From: Rubripirellula sp.
Lineage (GTDB): Bacteria; Planctomycetota; Planctomycetia; Pirellulales; Pirellulaceae
Reading direction: 5' to 3'
NCBI GenBank assembly: GCA_965216875.1
Contig: OZ244207.1
Coordinates: 4,128,001-4,192,000, forward strand
DNA: 64,000 bases
Below, piece by piece: positions 19,400-29,501 of this stretch. The notes below the pieces were generated by a model. That model saw only the letters and a list, made by a program, of their open reading frames with translations, had not been told where the DNA came from and made no database searches. Positions within the stretch are counted from its first letter, which is position 1. Each line of letters starts with the position of its first letter. Made by a program: the position numbers and the translations under genes.

Positions 19400-21007
19400 T
19401 CACTCGACCCTGTTGTCTTGTTCTGCGTCGGACGGAGCTTTGGGGAGTTTGATATGGAAACAAGAACCGACACCACGATCCACATCACGCCACAATCGGC
19501 CTTGATGATGTTGAATGATCGATCGACTGATGGCCAATCCCATTCCCATTCCGCTCTGCTTCGTCGAGAAGAACGGATCAAACATATGGGCCGCTGATTC
19601 TGCGTCAATGCCTGAACCGTTGTCCTCGACCGTCACATGCACATCGTCCTGCTGAATGCTCGCTTTGATCAAGACGACGGGATGTTCCACTCCCGATTCG
19701 GCCAACGCGTCACATGCGTTGCGTATCAGATTCACGAACACTTGCTGTAATTCGGTCGCGTTTCCAATAACGTATGGAATCGGCTTCGGCACTTCCACAT
19801 CAAAGTCGATGTGTTGTTCGGCAATTGTCCATTCAAGCAGCTTTTTTGAATCGCCAATCACCTCATCAAGACCAACCAGGGTTCGCTCAGATTCGTCTTT
19901 GCGAACAAAGTTTCGCAAACGGCGAATGATATCGCCGCACCTGATCGCTTGCTCGCCCATATGAGCGATCCATCGCGACACGTCGTCTTCGGGCGATACT
20001 CCACGTTCGGCCATCACGCATTGTGCCGCATCGGCGTAGTTCGCGATTGCCGAAAGTGGTTGGTTCACTTCATGCGCGATGGCGGCAACCATTTCGCCCA
20101 TGATCGAGAGGCGAGAAACATGGGCCAATTCGCGCTCACGTGCGCGCAGTGTTTCGACGGCGTGAATCCTTTCGGTGATGTCGCGATCAGCACCACGGTA
20201 ACCGACGAAATGCCCCTCTTCGTCAAAGATGGGCGTCGCGTTACTTTCGAGCAAACGAAGTGTGCCATCGCGACGCTGCCATCGAATCACCCAACCGTTC
20301 CAGCCCTTGGCCTCGGCCATCATTTCGGAGACATCCGCGGCCAGTTTTGTGCGATCCTCTTCGCACAAGAAGTCGAGTCCCGACCGCCCAACCATCTCCT
20401 CGGGCTCGTAATCGAGGATCGCTTTGACTGCTGGGTTTGAGTACGTAAACACGCCGTTCACATCGCACTGCCAAATCCATTCACTCGTGGCATCAACGAT
20501 GGTGCGGTACTTTTCTTCGCTGCGACGAAGATCACGCGTCGCGACCGCCAAATGCTCCGATTGCTTTTCAAAATTCGCCTGCAGCAGCGACTCCGTGCGG
20601 CGCAGTTCTGCCTCGATTCGACGGCGTTTTGTGACATCTCGCACGGCGACCACGCCGAGCACTTTCGGTTTGGTGTGCAAACGACTCACGGTCAAATTCA
20701 CTTCGACGGCGTCGCGATCACCAATCGCTAACCGGTAAGCTTCTCGCGAATGAAAAAGCCGCGTCTCCTGACAAGACGCGAACAACTCACTGAGTAGCTC
20801 GGGATGCTCAGCAGCAAAAAGCTCGGCAACACCGAGCGAGAGCAACTCGCGACGAGAGAGCCCCGTTAACCTTTGGGCAGCCGGATTGGCTGCGATGATC
20901 GAAAGGTCGTCGGGATCAAAAACGAAGAGGCTGTCGCTTGATTCTTCAAACAAGCATCGTGAAAACTCGGCAGGGTCGATTGCAGCAAGGTCGGGATCCT
21001 GCAGCAT
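19400..21007 (-). CDS. Cytoplasmic PAS-PAS histidine kinase (FixL/NtrB-like)
   Basis: Two PAS domains, AHEVNQPL H-box, QVFVNLIRNA, DNGSG and FFSTKQSGMGMGL. Confidence 0.92.
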   Translation of the reverse strand: MLQDPDLAAIDPAEFSRCLFEESSDSLFVFDPDDLSIIAANPAAQRLTGLSRRELLSLGVAELFAAEHPELLSELFASCQETRLFHSREAYRLAIGDRDAVEVNLTVSRLHTKPKVLGVVAVRDVTKRRRIEAELRRTESLLQANFEKQSEHLAVATRDLRRSEEKYRTIVDATSEWIWQCDVNGVFTYSNPAVKAILDYEPEEMVGRSGLDFLCEEDRTKLAADVSEMMAEAKGWNGWVIRWQRRDGTLRLLESNATPIFDEEGHFVGYRGADRDITERIHAVETLRARERELAHVSRLSIMGEMVAAIAHEVNQPLSAIANYADAAQCVMAERGVSPEDDVSRWIAHMGEQAIRCGDIIRRLRNFVRKDESERTLVGLDEVIGDSKKLLEWTIAEQHIDFDVEVPKPIPYVIGNATELQQVFVNLIRNACDALAESGVEHPVVLIKASIQQDDVHVTVEDNGSGIDAESAAHMFDPFFSTKQSGMGMGLAISRSIIQHHQGRLWRDVDRGVGSCFHIKLPKAPSDAEQDNRVE

Positions 21008-21197
21008 GATTGCCTTCTCCGTTTTGCCTTCCTAACGTTCCGCGACGCATTACTCCAACCACAAACAATCATTCGCCGTTAGTTGTCCCGCCGGACGAGT
21101 CCCACAGCACCTCCATTGTGGGGGATGGGACATCGCGTGCCAATACCAGCGTGCCACATCCCTGGCTTTACGAGATTCTGGCTATCAGATCTTCGCC

Positions 21198-22130
21198 CTA
21201 TCGATCGAGCAAAGTCTCAAGATGAATTTGCACGCTCTCCGCCAGCGCGTCGGGGTTGTAGCCTCCTTCGAGCATGCTCACCAGTCGCCCTTCGCAATGA
21301 ACGTCCGCGATCGATTGAACGATCTGCGTCAGGGTTTGAAAGTCTTCGCTTTCCAATTGGAGCGAACCGATGGGATCGAGCGCGTGGGAATCAAACCCGG
21401 CGCTGACAAGCACGAGTTCTGGCTTGACCCGCTCGGCCAACGCTTCCACCCCCTTACGAAAGCGACTCAGTTGCGCTTTCGGTGAAGTGCCATAGGTAAT
21501 CGGTAGGTTAACGGTGTAGCCGAGTCCAGCTCCTTCACCCGTCTCGTCTTCGCCGCCCGATCCGGGATAGAAGGGATAGCGGTGCATCGAAAGAAAGCCA
21601 ACGCGATCATCGCGCCAGAAGGACGCCTGTGTTCCGTTTCCATGGTGGACGTCCCAATCGATCACCAGCACGCGTTGCAAACCGCACCGGTCGATCGCAT
21701 GCATCGCGGCGACCGCAACGTTGTTGAACAGACAAAAGCCCATCGGATGCTTTTGCATCGCGTGGTGGCCAGGAGGTCGCACCAAACAAAACGCTTGTTG
21801 ATCTTGGCCACCGGTGACGCGTTCAACGGCATCGCAGACGGCCCCCGACGCAAGTTCGGCGGCAACCATCGATCGGTCACTCACGACGGTATCGGCTTCG
21901 ATCTGCCCGCCGCCACCGGCAACAAAACTGCGGATCGCTTCGATGTTGTCTTGCGAATGCACGCGTTCCAATTCGTCATCGGTCGCCACGTCCCAGCTTG
22001 GCGAGGTGCATCGCTCAATCACCTTCGCTTCGCGCAAACGCGCCATGACGCTTCGCAGACGCTGGGCGTTTTCGGGATGACCACCCGTATCATGTTCCAA
22101 GAAACGATCGTCGTAGTAAAAAAGTGTCAT
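21198..22130 (-). CDS. Histone deacetylase-family amidohydrolase
   Basis: HPE, RPPGHHA, GFCLFNNVA, DWDVHHGNGTQ, SAGFD and LEGGY. Confidence 0.93.
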   Translation of the reverse strand: MTLFYYDDRFLEHDTGGHPENAQRLRSVMARLREAKVIERCTSPSWDVATDDELERVHSQDNIEAIRSFVAGGGGQIEADTVVSDRSMVAAELASGAVCDAVERVTGGQDQQAFCLVRPPGHHAMQKHPMGFCLFNNVAVAAMHAIDRCGLQRVLVIDWDVHHGNGTQASFWRDDRVGFLSMHRYPFYPGSGGEDETGEGAGLGYTVNLPITYGTSPKAQLSRFRKGVEALAERVKPELVLVSAGFDSHALDPIGSLQLESEDFQTLTQIVQSIADVHCEGRLVSMLEGGYNPDALAESVQIHLETLLDR

Positions 22131-22200
22131 GACGAAAGTGTAACGCGATTGAGAAATGTGGGCGCCACGAGGAGGAGTGGTGATCGTTTGCCGGCTGCCG

Positions 22201-22321
22201 GTTCGTAGTACCGAGCTTCCGCCGGAATCTTCGCGCTCTTCCGCCTGAAGGCGGGACTACAAACGCGTGTGATAGTAGGCCGCGAACCGTCAATTCCCAC
22301 CTTCTGGCGAAGGTAGCTACG
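22201..22321. repeat. REP doublet plus a single GTAGCTAC-family REP
   Basis: GTTCGTAGTACCG...GCGGGACTACAAAC (22201-22264) and CCACCTTCTGGCGAAGGTAGCTACG. Confidence 0.8.
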
Positions 22322-22347
22322 GGAGTCAGTGAGGACTCGGAGCGTGG

Positions 22348-23199
22348 CTAATCGCGGGCAAGGTAGATCGCGTCACCGGTGAAACGACGACGAAAGTCCT
22401 TATCCGACCAAACGACACGTCCAATTGCCGGGTCACCGATGATCCAATGCCCGTCGCGATGTTCAATCACCACGACCGCATGCCCTTCGCCGCGCGGGCC
22501 AAGAAAGGTCGAAATCCCACGTTGGCTACGAACGCCCGCGAATTCCACCAAGGCAACATTGGGAAGCTGGCCAGCCCCATCCCACGCCGACGGGTCACGC
22601 TCGGCGACTCGAGGTTGAACGGGATTTGAGTTGGTCGCGAGTTTCAATCCTCGATAGAGTCCAAGTGGCTCGGTCCCATGTTCGCTGGTCAGGCAATCGC
22701 GAATCATTCCCTTTTCAGTTGCAACGATTCCATTCATGCGCAACAACGTTGCCGCCGCTGCAGGCGCACACGTTGCCTCATGACTCTGCAAGCAAACGCC
22801 CTCTCGCCAGTCCATCGATTCTTCAACCATGGTCGGCGCGAGAATCGGACGAGCGATCGGCATTGCTAAATAGAAAACGGCGAGTGTCCAAAGCGCCGTC
22901 GCCGTGACGGGACGGCTCCAGCCCTGAAGTCCCTTGGCCGTTCCCACCAAGCCGGCGGTGAACCCGAGCGTGATCGGCATCAGGTTGGACCAGTACACCA
23001 CTCCGCTGCCTGTCAGGGCGTTGGCCCAAAGGAGACGACCTGCGAAGAACCAAGCAAAGGTCAACGAAAAAAGAAGCGACTCGACAAACAGAAGTGACTT
23101 TCCCGTTTGCAGCTTGGGGCCGACCCAAGCGCCCGCACGGTAAGCCAGCACCGATAGCACAGAGATTGCAGCAATCGCGGTGATCAGGTCCCAGCTCAT
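22348..23199 (-). CDS. Membrane-anchored C39-like cysteine peptidase
   Basis: About 4 N-terminal TM helices, then LQSHEATCAPAAAATLL (Q-x5-C), GHAVVV and IGDP. Confidence 0.8.
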   Translation of the reverse strand: MSWDLITAIAAISVLSVLAYRAGAWVGPKLQTGKSLLFVESLLFSLTFAWFFAGRLLWANALTGSGVVYWSNLMPITLGFTAGLVGTAKGLQGWSRPVTATALWTLAVFYLAMPIARPILAPTMVEESMDWREGVCLQSHEATCAPAAAATLLRMNGIVATEKGMIRDCLTSEHGTEPLGLYRGLKLATNSNPVQPRVAERDPSAWDGAGQLPNVALVEFAGVRSQRGISTFLGPRGEGHAVVVIEHRDGHWIIGDPAIGRVVWSDKDFRRRFTGDAIYLARD

Positions 23200-23487
23200 C
23201 TAGGGGGCCTCCAGCGCAGGCTAAGGAGCGACGAAAACACTCTGTTAAGAATAGGTTATCACATTGTTATCAAATGGCGTCCCGCCGGGCAATACTATCG
23301 TTATCGGCCCCCAAGGGTGCGATCTCCTCCCAAAACGCTTTTCATCGCTATTCAATCGGTAGTCCCAATCCGAGCCCCCTGTCCCCGAAGAGCCGGGGAT
23401 TCCGGCCTAAGCCCCATCAGCGCAAGAAAAAACGGCAAACGATGGTCCGTTTGCCGTCTTCACGGTTTGTCAGATTGAAAAACGCGG

Positions 23488-24012
23488 TTACTTCACGCCG
23501 AAGAGTTCGACCACAAAGTGGAGGGTGGCGTTGGGTGGAATCGTGCCGGGAACGCCACGAGGTCCGTAGCCAAGCGCACTGGGAATCTCCAATTCGATCA
23601 TGCCGCCGTTTCCAATTAGCTGCATGCCTTCGGTCCACCCAGGAATCACACCGCCAAGGGGGAAGGTCGCTCGATTGCCTCGGCGATAAGAGCTGTCGAA
23701 GATTTTGCCGTCATCCGTCCAACCTTTGTAATGCACAGTGACCACGCTGCGACGTGTGGGTCGCGGCTTTTTGCTGGCTCGCAAAATGCGGTACTTCAGC
23801 CCCGAGTCGGTGGTCTTGAACTCGGCCGAAGCATCCTTGTCGATCTTGCCGGGCTTAGCGACTTCGCGTGGGTCGTCCGGCCCTGCCTTGAGCTTCTCGG
23901 CTTTTTCATCGGCCTTTTCCACTTTCTCAGCGGCCTCATCGTCCGCGACCAACGTCACGGCGGAGAAGCAAACCAACGGCAGGACCAGCAGGAAATGTTT
24001 GATCATGATCAT
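23488..24012 (-). CDS. FKBP-type peptidyl-prolyl isomerase, secreted
   Basis: SGLKYRIL, VHYKGW, FDSS, VIPGWTEG, IPSALGYG and IPPNATLHFVVEL, with a signal peptide. Confidence 0.93.
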   Translation of the reverse strand: MIMIKHFLLVLPLVCFSAVTLVADDEAAEKVEKADEKAEKLKAGPDDPREVAKPGKIDKDASAEFKTTDSGLKYRILRASKKPRPTRRSVVTVHYKGWTDDGKIFDSSYRRGNRATFPLGGVIPGWTEGMQLIGNGGMIELEIPSALGYGPRGVPGTIPPNATLHFVVELFGVK

Positions 24013-24092
24013 CGCAAAGGGTTCGTGAAATTTCGGAGGAATTCGGTGTTTGTGATTCGGAGTGAGGCCCACCGTGAGGCTCGGGTGACACC

Positions 24093-24437
24093 CTAAGACT
24101 TGGGGGAGGCGACCAGCATTCGCTCGACAGCCTCCCGGCCCGTGATGCCAATTTCAATGCCAAATGACTTAGCCTTGGGAGTGCAATCAACGATTTTGGC
24201 ATCAAGAAGGTCTTCTGGATACGTCAAAGGTTGCGTTGGGGTTCCCTTGGCAATGGCGATTGCTTGACCAAATTCGGTCGGAGTTTCGATGGCGTAGATC
24301 CCACAGCCAACGATTCCGTTGTGAGTCAGGATCGAACAATACTGGCCACCGTTCCAACGATGGCTCATCCCCAAAGCTTCGCCGTTTTCGAATTGAAGCG
24401 TCTTGGTTGTGCTTGATGGCAGTTTGTCTTCAGACAT
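24093..24437 (-). CDS. YunC/DUF1805-like protein
   Basis: GIVGCG, AIAIAKG, EDLLDAKIV and GIEIGITGREA. Confidence 0.75.
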   Translation of the reverse strand: MSEDKLPSSTTKTLQFENGEALGMSHRWNGGQYCSILTHNGIVGCGIYAIETPTEFGQAIAIAKGTPTQPLTYPEDLLDAKIVDCTPKAKSFGIEIGITGREAVERMLVASPKS

Positions 24438-24445
24438 CGTTCCAC

Positions 24446-25270
24446 TCAATCGCCATAGCCTGGAATTTCGGTCGGCACGCTTTCGGAAATCCCCAGCTCG
24501 CGTCGCATCAGGTTGCCCGTCTCTCGATACCAGTCAAAGAGCGTGCGAACATCAATGCCAACGTTGAAGTGTTTCACCCCCATCTCGAGATACGGCTCGA
24601 AGCCAGCAGGACGATTCAGCTCAACACGCGGATGCACTCCCTTTTTCATTGCCGTTTGGATCACGGTTCGCTCAGCTTCTTTGACCCGTGGATGATCGAA
24701 TTGCCCCGTCACACCAATACTGTTGGCAAAGTCGGCTGGACCAAACTGGACCATGTCGACGCCTGGGTAATCAAGCATTGCCTCGAGGTTATCGAGGGCA
24801 CTCTCTTTTTCGATCATCAACGCGATGACAACCTGATCCATCGCCCCGGCCCATGCTTCGCTGCCCGCTTCAGTGATCGCCGCGCGGTGCAGGTTCACTC
24901 CCTGCAATCCGCCCGACTTCGGACGTTCCGACCGGACAGCCCGCAGGCACTGAGCAACCTCATCAACATCCCGTGGGTCGGCGAAGAGAACACTTTGGAA
25001 GCCTGCACCGATGGCGCGGACGGCGGTCGCCGCGCGTGACTCCTGCTCGATCTTGATCATGCCGCTCAAGTGGTCAAACAACTCGATCGCACGCCCCATC
25101 TCTTCCAATGTCCGATGATCGTACGGTGCGTACTCGGCGCAAAACTCGACGTAGTCGAACCCGCCCGCATGTCCAACGAGCTCGATTAGGGTTGGCCAAT
25201 TGCCCATCAATCGCGTCCCCAATGTGGGCTGCCCCGCATCAAGGAGCTGTCGCAGACGGTTTGGACGCAT
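24446..25270 (-). CDS. HpcH/HpaI-family class II aldolase
   Basis: FDYVEFCAEY, LMIEKESALDNLEAM and FGPADFANSIG. Confidence 0.85.
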   Translation of the reverse strand: MRPNRLRQLLDAGQPTLGTRLMGNWPTLIELVGHAGGFDYVEFCAEYAPYDHRTLEEMGRAIELFDHLSGMIKIEQESRAATAVRAIGAGFQSVLFADPRDVDEVAQCLRAVRSERPKSGGLQGVNLHRAAITEAGSEAWAGAMDQVVIALMIEKESALDNLEAMLDYPGVDMVQFGPADFANSIGVTGQFDHPRVKEAERTVIQTAMKKGVHPRVELNRPAGFEPYLEMGVKHFNVGIDVRTLFDWYRETGNLMRRELGISESVPTEIPGYGD

Positions 25271-25556
25271 CGGTTGGGAACCTGAGAGGGGAGCGAGTCG
25301 TGGACAGAGGCGACATTGTAGCCCCGATCACAGCGTGCAAATTGTCTCGTTACGAGACCCTGTGTGATCAAGTTGACCCGGTTTCGCCTGAGTAGGGGAT
25401 CCGCGCGAAACGGCGTTTTTTGCAATCTTTCAGGGTCGAAATGCAGGCCGCGGCACTTTTCCGAAAAAAACTCGGCCGCCCTGTAATCTGCGAGCCGGCG
25501 GATGCCATTCCCTAGTGTCAACACGAAGCAAACACAACAAAACAAGGGACGACACG

Positions 25557-25841
25557 ATGACAACCGCAGCCGCACTCCTGAGCCTGACCGCAGCAATGAC
25601 TCCCCTGGCCATCATGGCTTGCTACGCAATCGACCGTCACATCCGCCGCAAAGGCCAACTGGCTTACCTTCGCGGCCCCCTTCGCGATCAAGTCATGTAT
25701 ATGATGAATTCGCCCGCTTTGGCACACGCACCCGCTTTGGCACACACCATGCACAGCAATCAACCACGGTTGGCCGAAGTCGAAAGCTCTTCACAAGCCA
25801 TCCCCGCCGGATTGTTGACTCACAAACAACTCAGTGCTTAG
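25557..25841 (+). CDS. Small hypothetical protein with a hydrophobic N-terminus
   Basis: ATG preceded by AAGGGA, with a hydrophobic first 25 aa. Confidence 0.45.
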   Translation: MTTAAALLSLTAAMTPLAIMACYAIDRHIRRKGQLAYLRGPLRDQVMYMMNSPALAHAPALAHTMHSNQPRLAEVESSSQAIPAGLLTHKQLSA

Positions 25842-25937
25842 TCCTGAGCCCCAAACAGAACCCGCATCCGACTCAAGCTTTGATCCAACAAACACCTCGA
25901 CGCCAAGGACGTCTTTAGCAACCCATCAGGTGATGTC

Positions 25938-26264
25938 ATGAAGAAACTACTCGCCATCGCGTTCGTGTTGACCTTCGCCGTCACAGCCTCCGCACAAAAC
26001 CAACGGCCTGGATCCAAGTACCCGCTGTATCGGTCACCCGATCAGAAACAAGCCGACTTTCAAGCAGCCCAACAGCGTCAGCGCTATGTGGCTCCGACGA
26101 TCACGATTCCCCAGCGATACTACTGGGATCCCTATTACGGCTACGGCTATCCCTACGGACGATACCCGTACTACCGCCCAAACTACTATCCAGGCACGTA
26201 CTCCTATTACCCATCCCCAGGAATGCAGCCTTGGATCCGGCCCTTCACGTTGCCCGTACGTTGA
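25938..26264 (+). CDS. Small secreted Tyr/Pro/Gly-rich protein
   Basis: AGGTG SD, clear signal peptide MKKLLAIAFVLTFAVTASA, and YYWDPYYGYGYPYGRYPYY tract. Confidence 0.75.
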   Translation: MKKLLAIAFVLTFAVTASAQNQRPGSKYPLYRSPDQKQADFQAAQQRQRYVAPTITIPQRYYWDPYYGYGYPYGRYPYYRPNYYPGTYSYYPSPGMQPWIRPFTLPVR

Positions 26265-26299
26265 ACCAAGCGCACGACGAAGCACCCGCGTGACACGTG

Positions 26300-26617
26300 A
26301 TGGATCCGCTGAACCCTTACCGCCCGGCATCGGAAACGGAAGACGCGTCCCCGTTGCCCTCCCGTGCCACGGGCAACCGCGTTGATGAGGGAACGCGTGC
26401 CGGTGCCTGCTTGGCACTTGCCGTCGGTGGGACGGTGCAGTTGATGGTGATTCGCAGTTGGGCCGATTGGACTGCCGCTTTGGTCGGCCTGACACTCTTG
26501 TCGATCGCATGGGCTTGTTACCCCTGGCGACACACCGTCCACCGGCTCACGCCGACGCGACGCGACAACACGCCGATCGTCCCTGCCAGGCACTCCCAAG
26601 ACGATTCGCAACCGTGA
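26300..26617 (+). CDS. Small two-TM hypothetical protein
   Basis: N-terminal NPY motif and two hydrophobic helices. Confidence 0.55.
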   Translation: MDPLNPYRPASETEDASPLPSRATGNRVDEGTRAGACLALAVGGTVQLMVIRSWADWTAALVGLTLLSIAWACYPWRHTVHRLTPTRRDNTPIVPARHSQDDSQP

Positions 26618-26992
26618 CGCCCATCTCGCGTGGCTCTCGCATCACCGAGTTCGTCCTCCAATCGTCGAGCCCGCTTTCCTCTCGTCGAGTCCGTTTTTCT
26701 CTCACCGAGTCCATTCTCCTCGCATCGGGCGCGTCCGCCATCCAGCGGGGCATCGACCCTCACAACGAGCAGAATCGTCATGACGAGCGCGCTGATGGCA
26801 TCCGTGTGCCCATCGAGAAACGTCATCCCCTCGGTGAGCGACCTATAGAAATAGGAATGGGGCAGATGATCGGGTTGGACCTGTGATTCTCAGAGGGCAG
26901 GGCGATTAGGCTGTCACAGCTCCCATCTTCTTGGCAAACAAGATCACGACTTCACCTTCCAATCAATCATTTGTGACCGCGGGGCGCCCCAC

Positions 26993-27196
26993 ATGTCCGA
27001 CGATGACCAACCGGTTCCGTACACCAACCCGGTCACGGTCATTGCCGCTGGCACCGCGATCGTCTTGATCATTGCCTGCCTGTTCGCGTCGCTTCCGAGC
27101 TGGCGAAAACCCAAGATGGATTCAGGCATCGACATCGACATCGAGTCGACTCGAATGATCCGCCACGACGCGCCCCGAGAGTCGGATCCTCGTTGA
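26993..27196 (+). CDS. Small single-TM hypothetical protein
   Basis: 67 aa with one TM (VTVIAAGTAIVLIIACLFASL). Confidence 0.55.
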   Translation: MSDDDQPVPYTNPVTVIAAGTAIVLIIACLFASLPSWRKPKMDSGIDIDIESTRMIRHDAPRESDPR

Positions 27197-27232
27197 TCCA
27201 TCGCGCAGCCCAAGATCCATCGCGCAGCCCAA
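27195..27232. repeat. 19-bp perfect tandem duplication
   Basis: GATCCATCGCGCAGCCCAA occurs twice in tandem. Confidence 0.85.
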
Positions 27233-27331
27233 AAACAATTGCCTGCCGCCTTGCGTTACAGTGAACCTTATCGACCGTTGGTTCGATAGAACTGCATCAA
27301 GTGCGACATCACTCGACCAAGGTAGGCAAGA

Positions 27332-28816
27332 ATGAGTCAGGCGGCGCGAAGTACGGTTTGGGTTTGTTTGATTGTCAGCGGCGTTATCGCCGTTTTGCTC
27401 TCGTTCGTCCTCACCTCCGAAGCGATGACGGTATTGGTTGCCGCTGGCGTCGGCGTGATCTGGACTGCGTGGGCCATTCTCTCGGCCTGGTTGTTTGGAC
27501 TACGGCGCCACGTCCTCGGACACATGGCCTGTCAACTCGAAGAGTTGACCTTCGTCAGCAAGAACGTGGGTGCCAGCCGCATTGTTGATTACATCAACAC
27601 GCTCGAGCATCTGTACGAATCGACTGACTGCCAGCGTTTTGGAGCCAAACGCGACCGGATGCTCACCTCGATCCAACATACGAACATCCCCACCGAGAAC
27701 GTCGAATGGAACACGATTGAAAGTGTTGCCGAAGAGTTGATCAGCGTTCCAGTCAACCCGGTCTACTTGATGCATCATGAGGGCGAAGCCTTCGCCGTTC
27801 GATTGTCGAGCCAGTTATTTGTCGACCACTTTGGCCAGGAAGATGCTTGGTCGACGGCCAGTGGATTTGCATCACTTGAAATCGTCGCCCACTCGCTCGA
27901 AAAAGCGAACGTGATCCTTCGTTGGCTGTCCGGGCAAACGGCCGAGCGTTCGATGTATCGCGGCAAAATGCTTCATATCTCAACGCCCCAAGATGGCACT
28001 GCGGGTCAGAACATTCGCGTGTCGGCTCCGCCCGAAGCCAGCCGCGACGATATCGTGTTACCACAATCACTCGTCGATCTTGTCGAACGTCTCGTCCATG
28101 GTCGACGCAAACACCACGCGCGACTGAGAGAGTTTGGCCACAAGACCAAACTCGGCCTCTTGCTTCACGGAGCGCCGGGCACCGGCAAGACATTGCTGAC
28201 GAAGTATCTGATCACAAGTTGCGACGACCACACCGTGGTCGTGCCGAGTGACCTGTCGGTCGAAACACTTCGTGAATCGTTTCGCATGGCGAAGTACTTG
28301 CAACCTTCGATTCTCGTGATTGAGGACGTCGACCTGCTGGCCCCGCGTCGCGAAACCAATTTGTACGTCGATCGGTTACAGGAACTGATGAACGAACTCG
28401 ATGGGTTAGGGGAGGGCAGTGACACGATCGTCATCATGTCCACCAATCGCCCGGAAGTGCTCGAGCCTGCACTTGCTTCGCGACCAGGACGCGTTTCGCA
28501 AACCATCGAGTTTCCTTTGCCCGATGAACCACTTCGACGTGATCTCCTCAAGCTCTACCTCGGCGACACCTGCGGCGGCGAGCGACTGCTTGACCAATGG
28601 GCCAACAGGACGGACAAAGCGAGCCCGGCCTTCTTGGAAGAACTGTGCAAACGAGCGATCCTGATCGCATGTGAGCGTACGGAAACGGCAGGGTCGGAAA
28701 CCAAAGACATCGACGTGCAATTCAACGATCTCGATGCCGCCATCCATGAGTTGGTCATCATGGGTGGTGACCTAACGACAAAAGTCCTCGGCTTTGCAAA
28801 CTCCGATCAGGAATAG
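27332..28816 (+). CDS. Membrane-anchored classic-clade AAA ATPase
   Basis: Two N-terminal TMs, Walker A GAPGTGKT, Walker B LVIEDVD and SRH STNRPEVLEPALASRPGRV; no protease domain. Confidence 0.88.
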   Translation: MSQAARSTVWVCLIVSGVIAVLLSFVLTSEAMTVLVAAGVGVIWTAWAILSAWLFGLRRHVLGHMACQLEELTFVSKNVGASRIVDYINTLEHLYESTDCQRFGAKRDRMLTSIQHTNIPTENVEWNTIESVAEELISVPVNPVYLMHHEGEAFAVRLSSQLFVDHFGQEDAWSTASGFASLEIVAHSLEKANVILRWLSGQTAERSMYRGKMLHISTPQDGTAGQNIRVSAPPEASRDDIVLPQSLVDLVERLVHGRRKHHARLREFGHKTKLGLLLHGAPGTGKTLLTKYLITSCDDHTVVVPSDLSVETLRESFRMAKYLQPSILVIEDVDLLAPRRETNLYVDRLQELMNELDGLGEGSDTIVIMSTNRPEVLEPALASRPGRVSQTIEFPLPDEPLRRDLLKLYLGDTCGGERLLDQWANRTDKASPAFLEELCKRAILIACERTETAGSETKDIDVQFNDLDAAIHELVIMGGDLTTKVLGFANSDQE

Positions 28817-28937
28817 CGGCGAGACGGGGCGGCTTTTCTTTTTCTGGAAAAAAGCCGCTTGCGTTGAACCAATCGCCATGTCGCGTCGGCTTAAGGGCGT
28901 TCCAAGAGTGAATTGACTCCTCGCCGGCGGCAAGAAA

Positions 28938-29501
28938 ATGGCTGAAAACACTGACGAAACTCAGATCAGCGAAGCCGTTCTTGTCGTGATGGCTCAAACC
29001 CGCGACGCCACCGCGTTTCGAAAACTGATGGATCTGTATCAGGGCCGGCTCTCCTATTACATCCGTCGCCAAATCGGCCCAACCGACGAAAGCGACGATG
29101 TTCTCCAAGAAACCTGGCTGCGAGTGCACCGGCGGATCCACACCCTGCGAGCCCCTGAGGCGTTCCGCGTTTGGCTCTACAAGATCGCCCACGACTTGTC
29201 GGTCGGACACATCCGCAAGTCAACACGAACGGCCCAAACCGCCTCTGACGAGAGCTTTGACCAGAACGTTATCGACACATGGGACGAGTACGAAGCGATG
29301 GAACACGCTGACCTTGTTCATCAGACGCTCGAGTCGCTCTCACCCGAACATCGCGAAGTGTTGACGCTTCGCTTCTTAGAACAAATGGACATCGAAGAAA
29401 TGGCAGTCGTTGTCGACTGTGCAACCGGGACCGTCAAATCCCGATTGCACTACGCGAAGGCTGCACTGCGCAAACAAATCGAGGAGCAACTCAATGGTTG
29501 A
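28938..29501 (+). CDS. ECF sigma factor
   Basis: DDVLQETW, FRVWLYKIA and GTVKSRLHYAK. Confidence 0.92.
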   Translation: MAENTDETQISEAVLVVMAQTRDATAFRKLMDLYQGRLSYYIRRQIGPTDESDDVLQETWLRVHRRIHTLRAPEAFRVWLYKIAHDLSVGHIRKSTRTAQTASDESFDQNVIDTWDEYEAMEHADLVHQTLESLSPEHREVLTLRFLEQMDIEEMAVVVDCATGTVKSRLHYAKAALRKQIEEQLNG

